Assembly (NCBI GenBank): GCA_036229005.1
Contig: JAZAMN010000024.1
Location: 224,001-288,000, forward strand
Length of the DNA: 64,000 nt
Source of the DNA: Myxococcota bacterium
Lineage (GTDB): Bacteria; Myxococcota_A; UBA796; CAJQPC01
Direction: 5' to 3'
The notes below the pieces were generated by a model that ran no database searches, had not been told where the DNA came from, and worked only from the letters and a program-made list of their open reading frames with translations. This document shows, piece after piece, positions 62,374-64,000 of this stretch. The position numbers and the translations under genes are program-made. Position 1 is the first letter of the stretch; each line of letters opens with the position of its first letter.

Positions 62374-63930
62374 TCAGCCCAGGGTCTTGTCCAGGAGGCC
62401 GCGGTTGCCCTGAACGGCGACGCGACGCATGTAGAACTCCAGGCCGCGCAGGCCGCCCAGCTCGGCGCCTCCGCCAGCCCGCCCGGGGCCGCCGTGGTTC
62501 AGGTTGGGGAGCACCATGCCGTGGGGGGTGGCCTGGTCCGCGACCTTGCCGTCCACCCACATGACCCGCCCGTTCCAGGCGGCCAGCTCCATGGTGAGCG
62601 CGGACCCGAACTTGCGGTCCGAGGTGGCCAGGGTGCTGGCCAGCATGCCCTGCCCCTTGGCGACGATGGCCGCAGCCTGCTCCACGCTGCCGTCGTAGAC
62701 GCACAGGGTGCTCACGGGGCCGAAGACCTCGCGGGCGTGGATGGCGCTGGCCTCCAGGGGGGCCTCACAGCGCAGCAGGATGGGGCTGGCGAAGGCGCCC
62801 ACGCCGGGCTCCACGCCCTTGGCGTCGACGGACTCGGGGTCGCCGTAGACGATGCTGGCCTCTGCGGCGAGCTCGGCCACACCCTTGCGGTAGTCAGCCT
62901 GCTGAGCCCGGTCATTGAGGGGGCCCATGCGCACGCCTTCACTGCTGGGGTCACCGATGGTGATCCGGGAGAGCTCATCGCCCAGGTCCTCGATCAGGGC
63001 ATCGGCGAGGTCAACCGGGACCACGACGCGGCGGATGGCCGTGCACTTCTGGCCGGCCTTCTGGGTCATCTCCAGCACGATGCTGTTGCGCACCCAGTGC
63101 CACAGCCCGGAGCCGCGCTCGACGTCCGGGCCGATGACCAGGGCGTTGAGGCTGTCGGCCTCCACGTTGATGGGGGTGGAGCCGGCCACGCAGGGGGCCA
63201 TCGCGCGCAGCTTGGCGCCGGTGTCCGCGGAGCCGGTGAAGGCCACGACGTCCTGGGGACCGAGCTTCTCCATCAGGTCACCGGGGCTGCCGGCGATGAA
63301 CTGGAAGACCCCGGGGGGGATGAGCTGGGCCTCGACCAGGACCTTGACCATCTCGTAGGTGACCCAGGCGGTGCTGGTGGCGGGCTTGGTGACCACGGGC
63401 ACGCCGGCCAGGATGGACACGGCGGCCTTCTCGAAGGTGCCCCAGGCGGGGAAGTTGAAGGCGCCGATGTGCACGGCGGCCCCGCGGGTGGGCACGCGGA
63501 TGTGCTTGCCGTGGAAGCGGGCCGAGTTGCGGGTGAGCTGCTCGGACTCGCCGTCCACCAGGATCTTGGCGTCGCCGAGCTGCTTGCCCAGGTTGGCGTA
63601 GTAGCTCAGTGTGCCGGTGGCCCCGTCCACGTCGAACTTGGCGTCGCCGCGGGTGGACCCGCAGTTGATCATGGCCACGTCCAGCAGGTGCTCGCGGGCC
63701 TCGTACAGGGCCTTGGACCACGACTTGAGCAGGGCGCCGCGCTCCGCGAAGGTCAGCGCGCGCAGGGCCGGGCCACCGATGCTGCGGGCGTGGTCCAGCA
63801 CGGCCTGCATGTCCATGCCGTTGGAGGAGGTCTCCGCGACGGTCTCGTCGGTGGCGGGGTTCACCAGCGCGCGGAAGGGGGCCTGGCCCTCGAACCACTG
63901 GTCGAGGACAAAGGAAGAGAGTCGGTTCAC
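62374..63930 (-). CDS. PaaZ-N/BoxD-type aldehyde dehydrogenase (3,4-dehydroadipyl-CoA semialdehyde dehydrogenase-like), no MaoC domain
   Basis: AFNFPAWG, KPAT, FTGSA, EADSLN, KAGQKCTAIRR, EVFGPV, HGGPGRAGGG.ELGG. Confidence 0.85.
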   Translation of the reverse strand: MNRLSSFVLDQWFEGQAPFRALVNPATDETVAETSSNGMDMQAVLDHARSIGGPALRALTFAERGALLKSWSKALYEAREHLLDVAMINCGSTRGDAKFDVDGATGTLSYYANLGKQLGDAKILVDGESEQLTRNSARFHGKHIRVPTRGAAVHIGAFNFPAWGTFEKAAVSILAGVPVVTKPATSTAWVTYEMVKVLVEAQLIPPGVFQFIAGSPGDLMEKLGPQDVVAFTGSADTGAKLRAMAPCVAGSTPINVEADSLNALVIGPDVERGSGLWHWVRNSIVLEMTQKAGQKCTAIRRVVVPVDLADALIEDLGDELSRITIGDPSSEGVRMGPLNDRAQQADYRKGVAELAAEASIVYGDPESVDAKGVEPGVGAFASPILLRCEAPLEASAIHAREVFGPVSTLCVYDGSVEQAAAIVAKGQGMLASTLATSDRKFGSALTMELAAWNGRVMWVDGKVADQATPHGMVLPNLNHGGPGRAGGGAELGGLRGLEFYMRRVAVQGNRGLLDKTLG

Positions 63931-63946
63931 GGTCGTCTCCAGTCGG

Positions 63947-64000
63947 TCAGTCCTTGAGGACCAGGTAGCCAGCCACCAGCATCAGCGGGATGGGGAAGAG
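63947..64000 (-). CDS. 3' end of a membrane protein gene, truncated by window edge
   Basis: Reads LFPIPLMLVAGYLVLKD-stop. Confidence 0.5.
   Translation of the reverse strand, partial: LFPIPLMLVAGYLVLKD

Overview
This is a gene-dense, very GC-rich bacterial chromosomal segment. It is most likely from a Myxococcota-like organism, an inference from the AgmX/PglI-type protein, many Cys-rich lipoproteins, a Hanks-type kinase and PP2C phosphatase, a sigma54 promoter and an M. xanthus-like LexA box. I call about 55 CDS and see no rRNA, tRNA, transposase, integrase, prophage or CRISPR array. The window holds envelope hydrolases (S41 peptidase, lipase-like protein, GH92, penicillin-acylase family), gluQ, ybgC, an alpha-2-macroglobulin/pbpC operon, xth, ansA, a DUF1800/DUF1501 pair, a deoxyhypusine-synthase-like gene and a BoxD/PaaZ-type aldehyde dehydrogenase. 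It also has a glycosylation-rich block (GT4, TMTC-like, two GT-C, B12 radical SAM) surrounding two tandem PKD/Ig-repeat lipoproteins. The most notable observations are: (1) a bacterial protein with a Tgs1-like (RNA cap guanine-N2 methyltransferase) domain in a coupled operon with two phosphatases; (2) two unannotated structured RNA candidates, at 2957-3167 and a sigma54-driven hairpin at 59361-59505; (3) ultrashort, uncharged lipoprotein signal peptides; (4) recurrent leaderless-type promoters; (5) a LexA-box-controlled small Myb-like HTH gene. All family assignments come from motif recognition by eye; no database searches were run.
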